Origin: Bacteriovoracaceae bacterium
GTDB taxonomy: Bacteria > Bdellovibrionota > Bacteriovoracia > Bacteriovoracales > Bacteriovoracaceae
DNA: 64,000 bases
Direction of reading: 5' to 3'
Assembly (NCBI GenBank): GCA_048270185.1
Contig: JBLWTJ010000001.1
Location: 1,248,001-1,312,000 of the forward strand
Every line of letters begins with the position of its first letter. Positions within the stretch are counted from its first letter, which is position 1. Shown here one piece after another: positions 28,578-38,859 of this stretch. Made by a program: the position numbers and the translations under genes. Below the pieces are notes generated by a model. The model was not told where the DNA came from. It worked only from the letters and a program-made list of their open reading frames with translations, and did not search any database.

Positions 28578-30062
28578 TTAACGATCTCCGTAAAGCTCTT
28601 TAATACTGGCCTTAAGCTCGTCCATACTCTTTGTTTTTAGGATTACTTCCTCACTATTGAGTAAAACTTCGACTTCACGATCAATTGTTTGACCATTTTC
28701 TCGAACGATGCGATCAAGTACTGAAATACTACAACCTTCTCCTCTTCCCTCAATATACATATGCTTAACATCTGAGTTGTTTTTACGACTAGACAATCTC
28801 TCATTGCGACGAGTTTCTCGCTCCAAAATATAAGCAACACTTGCAGCATCACACAGCTGAGCGAGATCAAGCCTTGAAACACTTTGAAAACAATCCCTTT
28901 CCACTAAACCTAGGTTCTCTAGCTCTTCTTGACTTAGGTGTGCGAGTAAACCTTCGTCCATAGCGATCTTTAAATAATCAATTGGCTTTCGGCCATCACC
29001 ACAAGTCGTATCGAGATTCCCACCAAGGCCTTGGAAGATTTCAACATTTTTAACATTATTGACAACCGCAGCTTTCTTAATCTGTTCAATCATTTGCTTT
29101 TGTTCGTAGTCCATACTCTCGTAAGAGTTACCCATTTCAGGAAATAGGCTTCTCGATTCTTTCTTAAAGTGATCAGTATTAATATAGACACCTTTAGCAA
29201 ATTCACAGGCGAGGTTATCTCCAAAACTGTTACGGTAATTATCTGCAACATCCATATGCTTCTTTATTAAGTCAGCAAGTGGAGTCCCCTCTCCACCAAG
29301 AGAGCGACCAACAATCTCTTGGCGTATCAGTTGAAGAACCTTATCATCAGACAACTCTCCTTGAGTCAGTGCGAGTTTAAGGAATTTAAAATACCCATCA
29401 GAGATATTACCACTCTCATCAGATCCGTAGTGACTTGCATAAGAATATGCAAAATCAGCTAACTCTTGCCCCTTGAAGTTTGCTTTAAGATAATTAAGCA
29501 TTCCATCAGCATCTCCTTTGTAAGCAAGATACATCTGAGCAAGTTCAAGATGTTTATATGAACTACTATCGACTTCATAACCAGTTGCTAAGCTTGATTG
29601 GATAAGATTTTGCATGGCCGGATTTACAGCGTAGCCTCCACTTTGACTCTTTGGGTCCCATTTATAAAAAGGCTTGGAAGAGTTCTTAATAGCTTCTGTC
29701 ACAATAGACTGACGAGTTGCGAGATCCAGTTCGTTCTTTGGGTCTACTCTATTAAAATATTCATTTAAATCGAATGCACCCTTAGATTCATTGGCCGCAT
29801 GATACTGTAATTGATTAAGGGCAAATTGTTTCGCGATTTCCTTCTTATCAACAGGAGCTCCATTCATGCCTAGACCGTAGCCACCAAAGCCCCCCATCAT
29901 ACCGCCGGCACCACCAGGAAATCCACCTTGAATTTTTGCATCTGATTCCATCAGTACGCATTCAACACATTCACTAATTTGTTCAAGTTCTTCGAACATA
30001 CTATCGAATGCATGAGTCGTTAAAATAATAAAAGTACAAATAAAAGCCTTAAGTATCTTCAT
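28578..30062 (-). CDS. Secreted hypothetical protein with Gly-rich segment
   Basis: Signal peptide ending THA; CVEC; GGFPGGAGGMMGGFGGYG. Confidence 0.7.
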   Translation of the reverse strand: MKILKAFICTFIILTTHAFDSMFEELEQISECVECVLMESDAKIQGGFPGGAGGMMGGFGGYGLGMNGAPVDKKEIAKQFALNQLQYHAANESKGAFDLNEYFNRVDPKNELDLATRQSIVTEAIKNSSKPFYKWDPKSQSGGYAVNPAMQNLIQSSLATGYEVDSSSYKHLELAQMYLAYKGDADGMLNYLKANFKGQELADFAYSYASHYGSDESGNISDGYFKFLKLALTQGELSDDKVLQLIRQEIVGRSLGGEGTPLADLIKKHMDVADNYRNSFGDNLACEFAKGVYINTDHFKKESRSLFPEMGNSYESMDYEQKQMIEQIKKAAVVNNVKNVEIFQGLGGNLDTTCGDGRKPIDYLKIAMDEGLLAHLSQEELENLGLVERDCFQSVSRLDLAQLCDAASVAYILERETRRNERLSSRKNNSDVKHMYIEGRGEGCSISVLDRIVRENGQTIDREVEVLLNSEEVILKTKSMDELKASIKELYGDR

Positions 30063-30069
30063 ACTTAAC

Positions 30070-30096
30070 TAATCGGTAATTTAAGAGTGATATTGA
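30070..30096 (-). promoter_or_regulatory. Putative sigma28 (FliA)-type promoter
   Basis: TCAAT-14 nt-ACCGATTA, 7 nt before ATG 30062. Confidence 0.45.
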
Positions 30097-30102
30097 TACT
30101 TA

Positions 30103-31563
30103 TTATGAAATAAAGACAATAATACTGAGAATGATGAAGGCCACGATATTGAGGATAAAGCCAAAACTTATCATACGATTCATAGGAACTAGTCCTGTTC
30201 CGAAAACAATAGCATTAGGAGGAGTTGCAACAGGTAGCATAAAGGCCATATTACAGCTAAAGGCCACAACAAAGGCCGCTGTTATACTTGAGAATTTTGC
30301 TTGGGTCGCAGCTGCTATTAGAATTGGCACAAGAACATTGGCCGTGGCCGTATTACTGACTAATTCAGTCAGAAGAATTGAGATGGCAATAACTAGAATT
30401 AATAAACTCGCAAAACTCCAATCGCTAAATACACTGATGAGATTATTTGCAACAAAGTCAGCAATTCCCGTTTTAAATAGAGTTGAACCGAGTGAAAGGC
30501 CAGATGCAAAGAGTAAAAGTGTTCCCCAATCAATACTCTTAATATCATCTTGATCTAGTAATTTTGTGCGACTGTAAATTGGCGTAATAAAAAGCGCACA
30601 AGCAGCAATAATGGCCACCATACCCGAAGTAAACGTCTTTCTGAAAAATATTGAAATTTCATGAGTCTTACCAAGGATTAAAGAAAATAAACTCGGTGCA
30701 AACCAAAAGAAAATTGTTACTCCAAAAATAATCATTAAACGAATTTCGTTATTGGTAATTTTATTCTTCTTTCCAAGACTTTTAATTAAGTCTTCCTTAT
30801 CAACTCTTTGAACTTCTTCATCGATTTTAAACTTTGCATAGAAGTATAAGATCACCATAAAAATGGCCGTCAGTGGAAAACCATACTTACACCAATCCCA
30901 AAACGTTAGTACTTTTTCAGAATGTTGCTCTAAGAGACCCATTGTAATAAGATTTGGTGGAGAGCCGATAGGTGTTGCCATTCCCCCGACTGAAGCAGCA
31001 TAGGCAATAATTAAAAGAAAGTATTCTTTCGTAACCGCTTCCTTCACTTTGAAAGATTTCAATAAACCAAAACCAATAGGTAGCATCATGGCCGCCGTGG
31101 CAGAATTCGAAACCCACATAGAGAAGAAGCTTGTCATACCAATGACAACTGCTAGAGTTTTATTAAAACTTCCATTGATAAATTTAGAACTCAAGATTGT
31201 AATTGAGAGCTTGCGATCAAGGCCAAGTTTCTCCATGGCACGAGCTAATAAGAAGCCTCCCATAAAGAGAAAGATGATTGGCGAGCTAAAGCTACTGAAT
31301 GCCTCTTCAAATGGAACAACTCCAAGAAAGACTGTTAATGCGACCCCCATCATTCCTGAAATAAATAAAGGAGTACTTGATAGCAGCCATTGAATAACAA
31401 CATAGGCAAAGATCGCTAGAAATTTCTTTGCATTAATATCTAAATTTAAATTTGAAGTATAAATGAAGAAGAAAGCGATGATTCCAAGAAATTGAAAAAT
31501 CACAGTTAGTGTCGAACTATGTTTCCATTCACGTAAAAAGTCACGAAATAAACTCTTAAACAT
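30103..31563 (-). CDS. SLC13/DASS sodium-coupled anion symporter
   Basis: SMWVSNSATAAMM, GGMATPIGSPPN, ELVSNTAT, FMLPVATPPNA. Confidence 0.92.
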   Translation of the reverse strand: MFKSLFRDFLREWKHSSTLTVIFQFLGIIAFFFIYTSNLNLDINAKKFLAIFAYVVIQWLLSSTPLFISGMMGVALTVFLGVVPFEEAFSSFSSPIIFLFMGGFLLARAMEKLGLDRKLSITILSSKFINGSFNKTLAVVIGMTSFFSMWVSNSATAAMMLPIGFGLLKSFKVKEAVTKEYFLLIIAYAASVGGMATPIGSPPNLITMGLLEQHSEKVLTFWDWCKYGFPLTAIFMVILYFYAKFKIDEEVQRVDKEDLIKSLGKKNKITNNEIRLMIIFGVTIFFWFAPSLFSLILGKTHEISIFFRKTFTSGMVAIIAACALFITPIYSRTKLLDQDDIKSIDWGTLLLFASGLSLGSTLFKTGIADFVANNLISVFSDWSFASLLILVIAISILLTELVSNTATANVLVPILIAAATQAKFSSITAAFVVAFSCNMAFMLPVATPPNAIVFGTGLVPMNRMISFGFILNIVAFIILSIIVFIS

Positions 31564-31587
31564 CGACCATCATTCCAATCTTCAAAG

Positions 31588-31613
31588 AAAAAAGGCCCGC
31601 TTTAAGCAGGCCT
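31588..31613 (-). terminator. Rho-independent terminator of aspS
   Basis: Minus strand AGGCCTGC-ttaaa-GCGGGCCT followed by T-run. Confidence 0.75.
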
Positions 31614-31620
31614 ATATCAT

Positions 31621-33411
31621 TTACTTTAAGAAACTAAAGTGTAATTCATCAGTTTGTGCTTTTGCTGGCACAGACGGAGCATTAGACATCATATCACTTG
31701 CTGTCGTTGTCTTAGGGAAAGCAATAACGTCTCTGATATTATCTGTTCCGGCTTTTACCATTGTAATACGGTCAAGGCCTAGAGCAATCCCACCATGTGG
31801 AGGTGTTCCGTATTTAAGAGCGTTTACAAAGAAACCAAATTGATTTGCAACTTCTTCCTCACTCATCCCAAGAACTTTAAACATTCTCTCTTGAACAGCA
31901 CCATTGTGAATTCTGATCGATCCTCCACCAAGTTCATAACCATTACAAACAAGATCGTAGGCTTGCGCCGGAAGGTCACGTAGAGTTTTATTATTTACGT
32001 TAATCTCTTCATTCATGAATTTATCCATTTCACTAATCTTAGGGGAAGTGAAAGGGTGATGTTTTGCGTAGAATCTTTCTTCATCAGTTTCAAAACATGG
32101 GAAGTCATTAACCCATAGGAATGCAAAACCATCTTTAATAAGATTAAGTTCACGTCCAAGGTGGCGACGTAGAGCATCGGCACTATCGTGTACTATCTCT
32201 TCCTTATCAGCAAAGAATAGCCAAGTTCCATTAGCTGCATCACCATCTAAGTCTGAAAGACTAGAAAGAGAAGCTAGAACTTCGTCAGTTATAAACTTCG
32301 AGATACCACCTGAAACAGCTCCATTTTCAACTTTAAAGAAGGCAACACCTTTTCCGCCGTGAGGCTTTACCACATCAACAAATCCATCGAGGATCTTACG
32401 TGAGAATGTTCCCATTGAAGCAGGTACGAACATCGTCTTAACCATGCCACCACTTTCAATTGCTGATTTGAAAACACCAAACTCAGTATCTTTGAAAATA
32501 TCTGAAACAACATGTTGCTTTAGACCAAAGCGAACATCTGGTTTATCTGAACCATAATCTCTCATGGCATCGTTATAGTGCATAACAGGAATTTCAAAGC
32601 TAGCATCTAATTCAAAAATATTCTTCATTAGATCTGTTGCAAGATTCTTCATATACTCTTCAGTAGCAAAAGAAACCTCGATATCGATTTGAGTAAACTC
32701 AGGTTGACGGTCAGCTCGAAGATCTTCGTCACGGAAGCACTTACAAATTTGGAAGTACTTATCAGTTCCACCAATCATAAGAAGCTGCTTCAGAGTTTGC
32801 GGTGACTGTGGAAGAGCGTAAACATGACCAGGGTGAACACGAGATGGAACAACGTAGTCACGAGCTCCTTCTGGTGTCGACTTATAGAGAATTGGCGTCT
32901 CAACTTCGATGAAGTCATGAGCGCTCATTGTATTTCTTACGTCTAAAGTAATTTTAGAACGAAGCTTTAGAATATCTTGTAGCTTTTTAGTTCTTAGATC
33001 GAGGTAGCGATACTTAAGTTTATTATCTTCAGTTGCCTCAGTTGCCCCATATGGAAGAAATGGAATATTATTAATATCACACTCAGATAGTACTTCTAGC
33101 TCCTCGACAGAAACTTCAACTTCACCTGTTGGCATATTCTTATTAAGGGCCTCAGCTGGACGAGCAGCAACTTCACCTTTGATCATAATAACTGATTCAA
33201 GATGACATTTTTTAAGAAGATCAAGGTCACCTTTGAAATTTGTGAAGTTAAGTTGCGTAACACCAAACTTGTCTCTTAAATCGATGAAAGTTAGACCACC
33301 AAGATCTCGGTTCTTATTTACCCAACCGCATAGTGTTACTTTACTCCCGATGTGACTCGCTCTTAATTCTCCAAGATTGTGACTTCTCATCAATCCTTTA
33401 ATTTGTGACAT
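31621..33411 (-). CDS. aspS: Aspartate-tRNA ligase
   Basis: STPEGARDY, LPQSPQ, FRDEDLRADRQPEFTQID, PPHGGIALGLDR. Confidence 0.97.
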   Translation of the reverse strand: MSQIKGLMRSHNLGELRASHIGSKVTLCGWVNKNRDLGGLTFIDLRDKFGVTQLNFTNFKGDLDLLKKCHLESVIMIKGEVAARPAEALNKNMPTGEVEVSVEELEVLSECDINNIPFLPYGATEATEDNKLKYRYLDLRTKKLQDILKLRSKITLDVRNTMSAHDFIEVETPILYKSTPEGARDYVVPSRVHPGHVYALPQSPQTLKQLLMIGGTDKYFQICKCFRDEDLRADRQPEFTQIDIEVSFATEEYMKNLATDLMKNIFELDASFEIPVMHYNDAMRDYGSDKPDVRFGLKQHVVSDIFKDTEFGVFKSAIESGGMVKTMFVPASMGTFSRKILDGFVDVVKPHGGKGVAFFKVENGAVSGGISKFITDEVLASLSSLSDLDGDAANGTWLFFADKEEIVHDSADALRRHLGRELNLIKDGFAFLWVNDFPCFETDEERFYAKHHPFTSPKISEMDKFMNEEINVNNKTLRDLPAQAYDLVCNGYELGGGSIRIHNGAVQERMFKVLGMSEEEVANQFGFFVNALKYGTPPHGGIALGLDRITMVKAGTDNIRDVIAFPKTTTASDMMSNAPSVPAKAQTDELHFSFLK

Positions 33412-33441
33412 GTTAATCCTCTTGATATATTGTTTTTAAGT

Positions 33442-33966
33442 ATGAAATTTATAACAAATAATGCACATATTCTCAGTACATTTTTTGCATTTCTAGCGAT
33501 AACGCTAAGCACATCATCTTATGGTCAATTTATAAATAAGAAATGGCCAAGTAAAATCATGCTAGTCCCGTCAAATCAAGAAATCGAGATCTCTTGGGCG
33601 GTTTCAGATCGTGAGAAAGAGAAGGGATTAAGCTTGCTAAAGCCTGAGCGTATGCCAAAGACTTCGGGGCTAATTTTTGTTTATCAAAAGACAAAGCCTC
33701 TAAGATTTTGGATGCCTGAGACACTCTTTGACCTGGATATTATTTTTCTCGATAAAGACTTTAAAGTCATTGCTATTGAAACGCTTCCACACTATCCAAA
33801 AAGAGATGATTTAAGAAAAATTCCAATGACCAAGACCTATACTGGTCAATTTGTTTTAGAATTACATGCTGGAATGGCCAAGAAATTTAAAATTGTGAAG
33901 GGTTCCCAACTTAAATGGAAGAAACCCCTCTCGCAGTCGTTTCTGAATTCTCTGGGAATAAAATAA
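33442..33966 (+). CDS. DUF192 family protein
   Basis: EKGL, GLIFVY, FWMPET.FDLDIIF, FVLELHAG. Confidence 0.85.
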   Translation: MKFITNNAHILSTFFAFLAITLSTSSYGQFINKKWPSKIMLVPSNQEIEISWAVSDREKEKGLSLLKPERMPKTSGLIFVYQKTKPLRFWMPETLFDLDIIFLDKDFKVIAIETLPHYPKRDDLRKIPMTKTYTGQFVLELHAGMAKKFKIVKGSQLKWKKPLSQSFLNSLGIK

Positions 33967-34777
33967 GATACTCATCACGAGCAATATATCCCAGGTGATC
34001 GCGTACAAGCTTCTTCTTATAGCGATTATTGTGACGAATTAATTCTAGCTCTTTCATTAAAGATGCATTTTCTTCTGTTAGAAGCTTCACTTCATGATAG
34101 GCCTGATCCAGAGTACTCTTTTTATCAAAGTATTCAATCACTCCACCTTGCGAGAAAATTAATCTTCCAAGAAGGAAAAGACAAAATCCCCAACAAAGCT
34201 TAACTCCCCAACTTGTCACTTCCCCAGTCTTTTTCGACTTTGCACGTACCTTTCTCTTTGCCGTTACACTTGGCTTTGATTTCGCTAGAGCTTTTACTGG
34301 AGATTGTTCTGCATAATTTACATCAGGAGAAGAAGATCTTCTTCTTGCAGGAGAAGACATTTCAATTTTCTCTGCTTCTGTTACTAATTTTCTTGTTGGT
34401 GCTGAAGCTTGTGTAGGTGTCGGTCTTGAAGCAGCGGACGCAGACATTCCACTTGGCCTTGCACTTGAAGTACTTGCAGCACCTCTTGCTTCTCTTTGAG
34501 CGCGAAGCTTTGCAAGAACTGAAGAACCCGAATTTTCACTTGGTGCTTTCATTCCAGTATCTTGTGGCACTCCTCTATTAATTCCAGGTCTTGGACCTGC
34601 ACCAGGCATTGGCGGAGGTGTTGATTGCGAAGTGGCCTGTCGTTTTGCCATCTTTTGACGATTACGTTCGATAGCTCTCTGCATCGCATCACTTTTAGCG
34701 GCACTTTGAGTTGAATTATTACTTGCTGATGTCGACCCTGAAGAAGGTCCACGATTTCTTCCTAGTGAAAACTGCAA
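33911..34777 (-). CDS. FtsB/DivIC septum initiator with long low-complexity N-terminus
   Basis: C-terminal TM, coiled coil and VRDHLGYIARDE; first ~185 aa rich in S/A/P/R. Confidence 0.7.
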   Translation of the reverse strand: MQFSLGRNRGPSSGSTSASNNSTQSAAKSDAMQRAIERNRQKMAKRQATSQSTPPPMPGAGPRPGINRGVPQDTGMKAPSENSGSSVLAKLRAQREARGAASTSSARPSGMSASAASRPTPTQASAPTRKLVTEAEKIEMSSPARRRSSSPDVNYAEQSPVKALAKSKPSVTAKRKVRAKSKKTGEVTSWGVKLCWGFCLFLLGRLIFSQGGVIEYFDKKSTLDQAYHEVKLLTEENASLMKELELIRHNNRYKKKLVRDHLGYIARDEYLILFPENSETTARGVSSI

Positions 34778-34916
34778 ACTTACATCCTGTTTTTTGCTAA
34801 GCGTTCCTCATGAACACTTTTTTTCCCAATATCAATATTTTAATGCGTTTCAAAATTTCACACAAGTGATTTTCTCAAGGAAAACTTCTCTTGACGCCTG
34901 TTGTTATTAGCTTTTT

Positions 34917-35756
34917 TTAAGAAAGTAATACTTGAGTTTTTGAATCATCAAATGAAGTATTGAGTGATTCAATTTGCAGCCAAAACTTTCTAATGGCCGC
35001 AAGCTCATTTAAGTAGAGTTTTAAAGTATCATCAAGGCCTCTAAGAATTTGAGCTTCACTTGCAAGCTCACCTTCTTCAAAGATTAATGATAATTCTTCA
35101 AAAATTGTGTGAAATTTATCTTTTGGTTTTATGATGAAATGTTTTTCAGAAATACTAAATTCATGAAGTTGCATTCTTTCTTCAAGGGCCTTCTCTAAAC
35201 GAGTAAAGAGAATACTTGCAATACACACATCACCGATTGGACCAAGTTTTAAACGTTGTCCACTCCCTTCTAGCTTATGACTTTTAAAATTAATTCGAAT
35301 AGCTTCATCACTTCTTTGATACCACCAGCTAAAGCCAGGATCAGAAATATTACAAATGAGATCTTCTTCTAATGGAAAGCGTTTATTAAAAATTTGGTCA
35401 TAAATAACTTGAGCAATATCATGACTTTCTAATTCATAAAATAGTGTCGTTTCAACTTCGTCGGCCTCAATACGCAAGGCCTTAAGCATCTGCTTGTCAC
35501 CAGCATGGGCCAACTCAAAAGTGTCGCTGATATTTTCAGAAATGACGCCTCTGATACTAAATGTTGAGCTATTCTTTACGATATTAAAAACTAGACCTGG
35601 AGTTTGTGGGTATTCGACAGCACACTTATCGATTGATTCTGAAGACAAAGAATTACCAAAAAGAAATTCATTCTTAAAGTCGTCGTCTGCTAAATAAGTC
35701 TCTTGCGTGTTTAAATTAAAAGTCTCTTGTGTAAGAAAATCAAACTCGTTGTGCAC
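34917..35756 (-). CDS. Hypothetical protein, possible degenerate GIY-YIG/UvrC-like domain
   Basis: ORF with SD GGAGGGG; YPQTPG and ES..AQVI...F..RFP are faintly UvrC-N-like. Confidence 0.5.
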   Translation of the reverse strand: MHNEFDFLTQETFNLNTQETYLADDDFKNEFLFGNSLSSESIDKCAVEYPQTPGLVFNIVKNSSTFSIRGVISENISDTFELAHAGDKQMLKALRIEADEVETTLFYELESHDIAQVIYDQIFNKRFPLEEDLICNISDPGFSWWYQRSDEAIRINFKSHKLEGSGQRLKLGPIGDVCIASILFTRLEKALEERMQLHEFSISEKHFIIKPKDKFHTIFEELSLIFEEGELASEAQILRGLDDTLKLYLNELAAIRKFWLQIESLNTSFDDSKTQVLLS

Positions 35757-35838
35757 TCACCCCTCCATAGGTAATACATATATATTAAGTTTAATAACTT
35801 TTGATACGCATTGGCAAGAATTTGAAATTACTAAGTTT

Positions 35839-36063
35839 TTAAAAGATAGCGACAAAAATCTTTAGAACAAGAATAACGATCATTGGTGAGATATCAAATG
35901 GTATATCCATCTCAGGCATCATGCGACGAATAGGTCCACAAGTGTAATCTGAAAGTTGCTTAATTCTAATAGCAACAGGATGATGTTTATACTGTGGGAT
36001 ATAAGAAATAATGACATCGATGATGAGAATAAAAATATAAATATCTATTAGCGTGCGAATCAA
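35839..36063 (-). CDS. YggT family protein
   Basis: IISYIP, PIRRMMP, DISPMI. Confidence 0.88.
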   Translation of the reverse strand: MIRTLIDIYIFILIIDVIISYIPQYKHHPVAIRIKQLSDYTCGPIRRMMPEMDIPFDISPMIVILVLKIFVAIF

Positions 36064-36144
36064 AATTGAACCCCTTTAATTGCTCAATAGAATATAGAAA
36101 ATCCGTAAAAAGTTCAAGGAAGTAGCACCAATTATATTCTGACA

Positions 36145-36438
36145 CTATTTAACAATAGGACCGGCCTTAGCTGCATGAAGCTTTGTACAGGCTATTTCGT
36201 ACTTATTCTGACAAGAAAGCTCAAGATATTTGCGAGATTTGGCACTCTCTCCGTCCTCTTCATAGATGCCAGATAAGACAAAGCACGCTGGCGCATTCTT
36301 TTCCTGCTCACAGGTGTAGAGATAAAAGTCTCTCTTAAAAAAGAGATAAATGATTGTAAGGCCCGCAACAACACCACCAATAAAGAGCCAATTCTTTTTA
36401 TAATCTCTCTTATATGGCTTCGCTTCGCTTTCAATCAT
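36145..36438 (-). CDS. Small membrane-anchored Sel1-like repeat protein
   Basis: TM then ACFVLSGIYEE..SRKYLELSC..EIAC; ATGA overlap with polB. Confidence 0.65.
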   Translation of the reverse strand: MIESEAKPYKRDYKKNWLFIGGVVAGLTIIYLFFKRDFYLYTCEQEKNAPACFVLSGIYEEDGESAKSRKYLELSCQNKYEIACTKLHAAKAGPIVK

Positions 36439-38771
36439 TCGAATAAACTCATCTGTGCACCCATGACAATATCGTCAAAGGAGATATTAATAAATTTTAA
36501 CACATCTGTTGCAACAGGAGATAGTTGTTTATCAATATAATGTTGATAATCAATATCACGAGGAGCTAACTCCACAGGTACGGGTCCATGCAGAGTCATT
36601 AAATAATCCACTTTTCTGATATTCTTATCAGGCTCCTTTTCTTGTAAAAGCTTTGCGGCCTTTACATGAGGAGGTGTTGATTTTGTGTATTCACTTATAT
36701 CTTTTGAAAGCCTCTTTGAATAAATAAGGCCATCATCAAAGAGTCCATTCTTTAGATCAGCAACATATTCTTTTATGTATTGATCAAGTGGTTCCCCGCT
36801 AAAGAATCGCTTATAAATTTGAAATTGAAAATTCTTTGCGGCCTTTGTCCAATCAGAGCGAACAAACTCCATACCAGAAAAGTATAATTCACCATCGGCA
36901 CTATCATTTATGACACCCGCGTACCTCTTCTTCGCACCCATCTCAGAGCTTCTCGACTCAGGGATGAATAGCTTTGAAAAACACTTTTCATATTCCATTT
37001 CTAAGAAAGATTCTAAATCGAATTCTCTTTTAATCTTTTCACTTAAGTGATTTGTGATTTTTCGGGCAAGCTCATTTGCTGCCTTATCTTTATTTGCAGT
37101 ATCTAAGAATTTAAGTTTAATAAAGACAGAATCAGTATCTCCGTAAACTACCTCGTATCCATTGTTTCGAGCATAGTTCATGGACTCATTTAAAAGCCAT
37201 TGCCCTGTTGAAGTTATTGAAGTCGCAAGATCGGCATGATAGAAGCGACATCCTCCAGACCCCATCACGCCATAGAATGAATTCATGAGAATTTTTACGG
37301 CCTGTGATAAGTTCTTATCTTGGCGATGTTTTGCAATCTCTCTTTGCCCTAATAGAAAATCAATTTGTTCCGGAAGAATATGTTCAGTCTTCGAAAATGA
37401 AACACCATTCTTAAGCATAGTAGGATTCACATCACCTTTTAAACGAGATAATGGATCAATTTTAAAAGTTTTAATAATTGTTGGATAGAGAGACTTGAAG
37501 TCTAACACTACAACATTCTCATGAATCCCTTTCGTTCCTTCGATAACAAGTCCACCAAGTGATGAGCTTTCTTTATCAATATCAAGCGTATTTCCTGCCA
37601 CAAAACCTTTGCGGTGAAGTCTTGGAAGGTAGAGGTGATCAAATGAACGAGTCGAACTCGACAAACGATCCATAAGCATTCCACTTAATTGCACACGACG
37701 ATATAAGTGATCGACAATTTCAAGTTTCTTATAAATATCTAAAACAAGAGTACAGTCGAGAATATTATACTTAGCTAGGCCATGTTTATCTTCTAGAAAT
37801 CTTCTTGTGATCTCTTCGACTTTATCCATACCTGTTGCTGTAATATCTTTATTTGCGCCTAGAACTTCAGTGGCAACAGTATCAAGCTTAAAATTTTCAA
37901 ACTGATAAAATGCTGATCTGAGGGTTGGTGGTCCATCAATAATTTGACGGCCGACAATACTTCCAAACCAACCAGCTCCCTTGCGCTCACGTATACGAAC
38001 TTGAGAACCATCTCTTCCAAGTGTTAACTTAAGGCCTAGTCTTAAGCATTTATTTTCTAAGAACTTAAAATCAAAACCAATAATATGCCAACCAACAATA
38101 AAGTCTGGATCAAATTCATGAAATTCATTAATGAAGGTTGAAAGTAGTGCTTTCTCAGATGGAAAGAAAGTTGTGAGTTCATCATTTTGGTATTCACCAC
38201 TTGAATCAACCATATAGACTTTCTTATACTCACGCTCTCCCACTTGATGAATGGCAATTGAATAAAGATCATCTCCCATACTCGTTTCAATATCGAGAGA
38301 CATCACATTAAAATTTGGTAATTGATCCTGTCTTGGACGTGCTTTAATTTGTGGATTGTGAAAAACACGAGTCTTACCAATCGTTTGAAAGGCTCCTTGA
38401 ACTTCCACTTCACCATTGATGAATCTCTCCATTAAGAAGCGCTCATTCGGTCTCACATCACTTTCATAAGTACGAATTCCATTCTTATGAAAATGTTCCT
38501 TCGTATCCATTAAATCCTTATAGCGATTAAAGTAAACACCATCCATACGACGGCCATTAAAAGCACTTAGATCAAGCTTCTTTCTTTCACCTTGAAAGCT
38601 CATTTTTATTTCACAATCACTTTCAATAAAGAACAATGGCCTTTCATTAGAGAAGATAACTTTGATCACATCATCGGCCGTCTTCACCCAGAAAACGAGA
38701 TCCATATGATTGCTCTGATCAAGCACTTGATCGTGAATAATAAAGCCAGCTGTGGACGTGATATTGGTCAT
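36435..38771 (-). CDS. polB: DNA polymerase II (family B)
   Basis: SLDIET exonuclease, DFKSLYPTII, KILMNSFYG, YGDTDS, KKRYAG. Confidence 0.95.
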   Translation of the reverse strand: MTNITSTAGFIIHDQVLDQSNHMDLVFWVKTADDVIKVIFSNERPLFFIESDCEIKMSFQGERKKLDLSAFNGRRMDGVYFNRYKDLMDTKEHFHKNGIRTYESDVRPNERFLMERFINGEVEVQGAFQTIGKTRVFHNPQIKARPRQDQLPNFNVMSLDIETSMGDDLYSIAIHQVGEREYKKVYMVDSSGEYQNDELTTFFPSEKALLSTFINEFHEFDPDFIVGWHIIGFDFKFLENKCLRLGLKLTLGRDGSQVRIRERKGAGWFGSIVGRQIIDGPPTLRSAFYQFENFKLDTVATEVLGANKDITATGMDKVEEITRRFLEDKHGLAKYNILDCTLVLDIYKKLEIVDHLYRRVQLSGMLMDRLSSSTRSFDHLYLPRLHRKGFVAGNTLDIDKESSSLGGLVIEGTKGIHENVVVLDFKSLYPTIIKTFKIDPLSRLKGDVNPTMLKNGVSFSKTEHILPEQIDFLLGQREIAKHRQDKNLSQAVKILMNSFYGVMGSGGCRFYHADLATSITSTGQWLLNESMNYARNNGYEVVYGDTDSVFIKLKFLDTANKDKAANELARKITNHLSEKIKREFDLESFLEMEYEKCFSKLFIPESRSSEMGAKKRYAGVINDSADGELYFSGMEFVRSDWTKAAKNFQFQIYKRFFSGEPLDQYIKEYVADLKNGLFDDGLIYSKRLSKDISEYTKSTPPHVKAAKLLQEKEPDKNIRKVDYLMTLHGPVPVELAPRDIDYQHYIDKQLSPVATDVLKFINISFDDIVMGAQMSLFE

Positions 38772-38825
38772 GGACTAACACTAGCCTATTAAATATGATT
38801 TGTCTTTTTTTATACTTTTCTTAAG

Positions 38826-38852
38826 TCAAGGCATTGGTTTTGCCCCCGATAG
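38826..38852 (+). promoter_or_regulatory. Putative sigma28 (FliA)-type promoter overlapping a sigma54-like motif
   Basis: TCAAG-14 nt-CCCGATAG, 7 nt before ATG 38860; AGGCATTGGTTTTGC inside it. Confidence 0.5.
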
Positions 38853-38859
38853 GCAGGGC

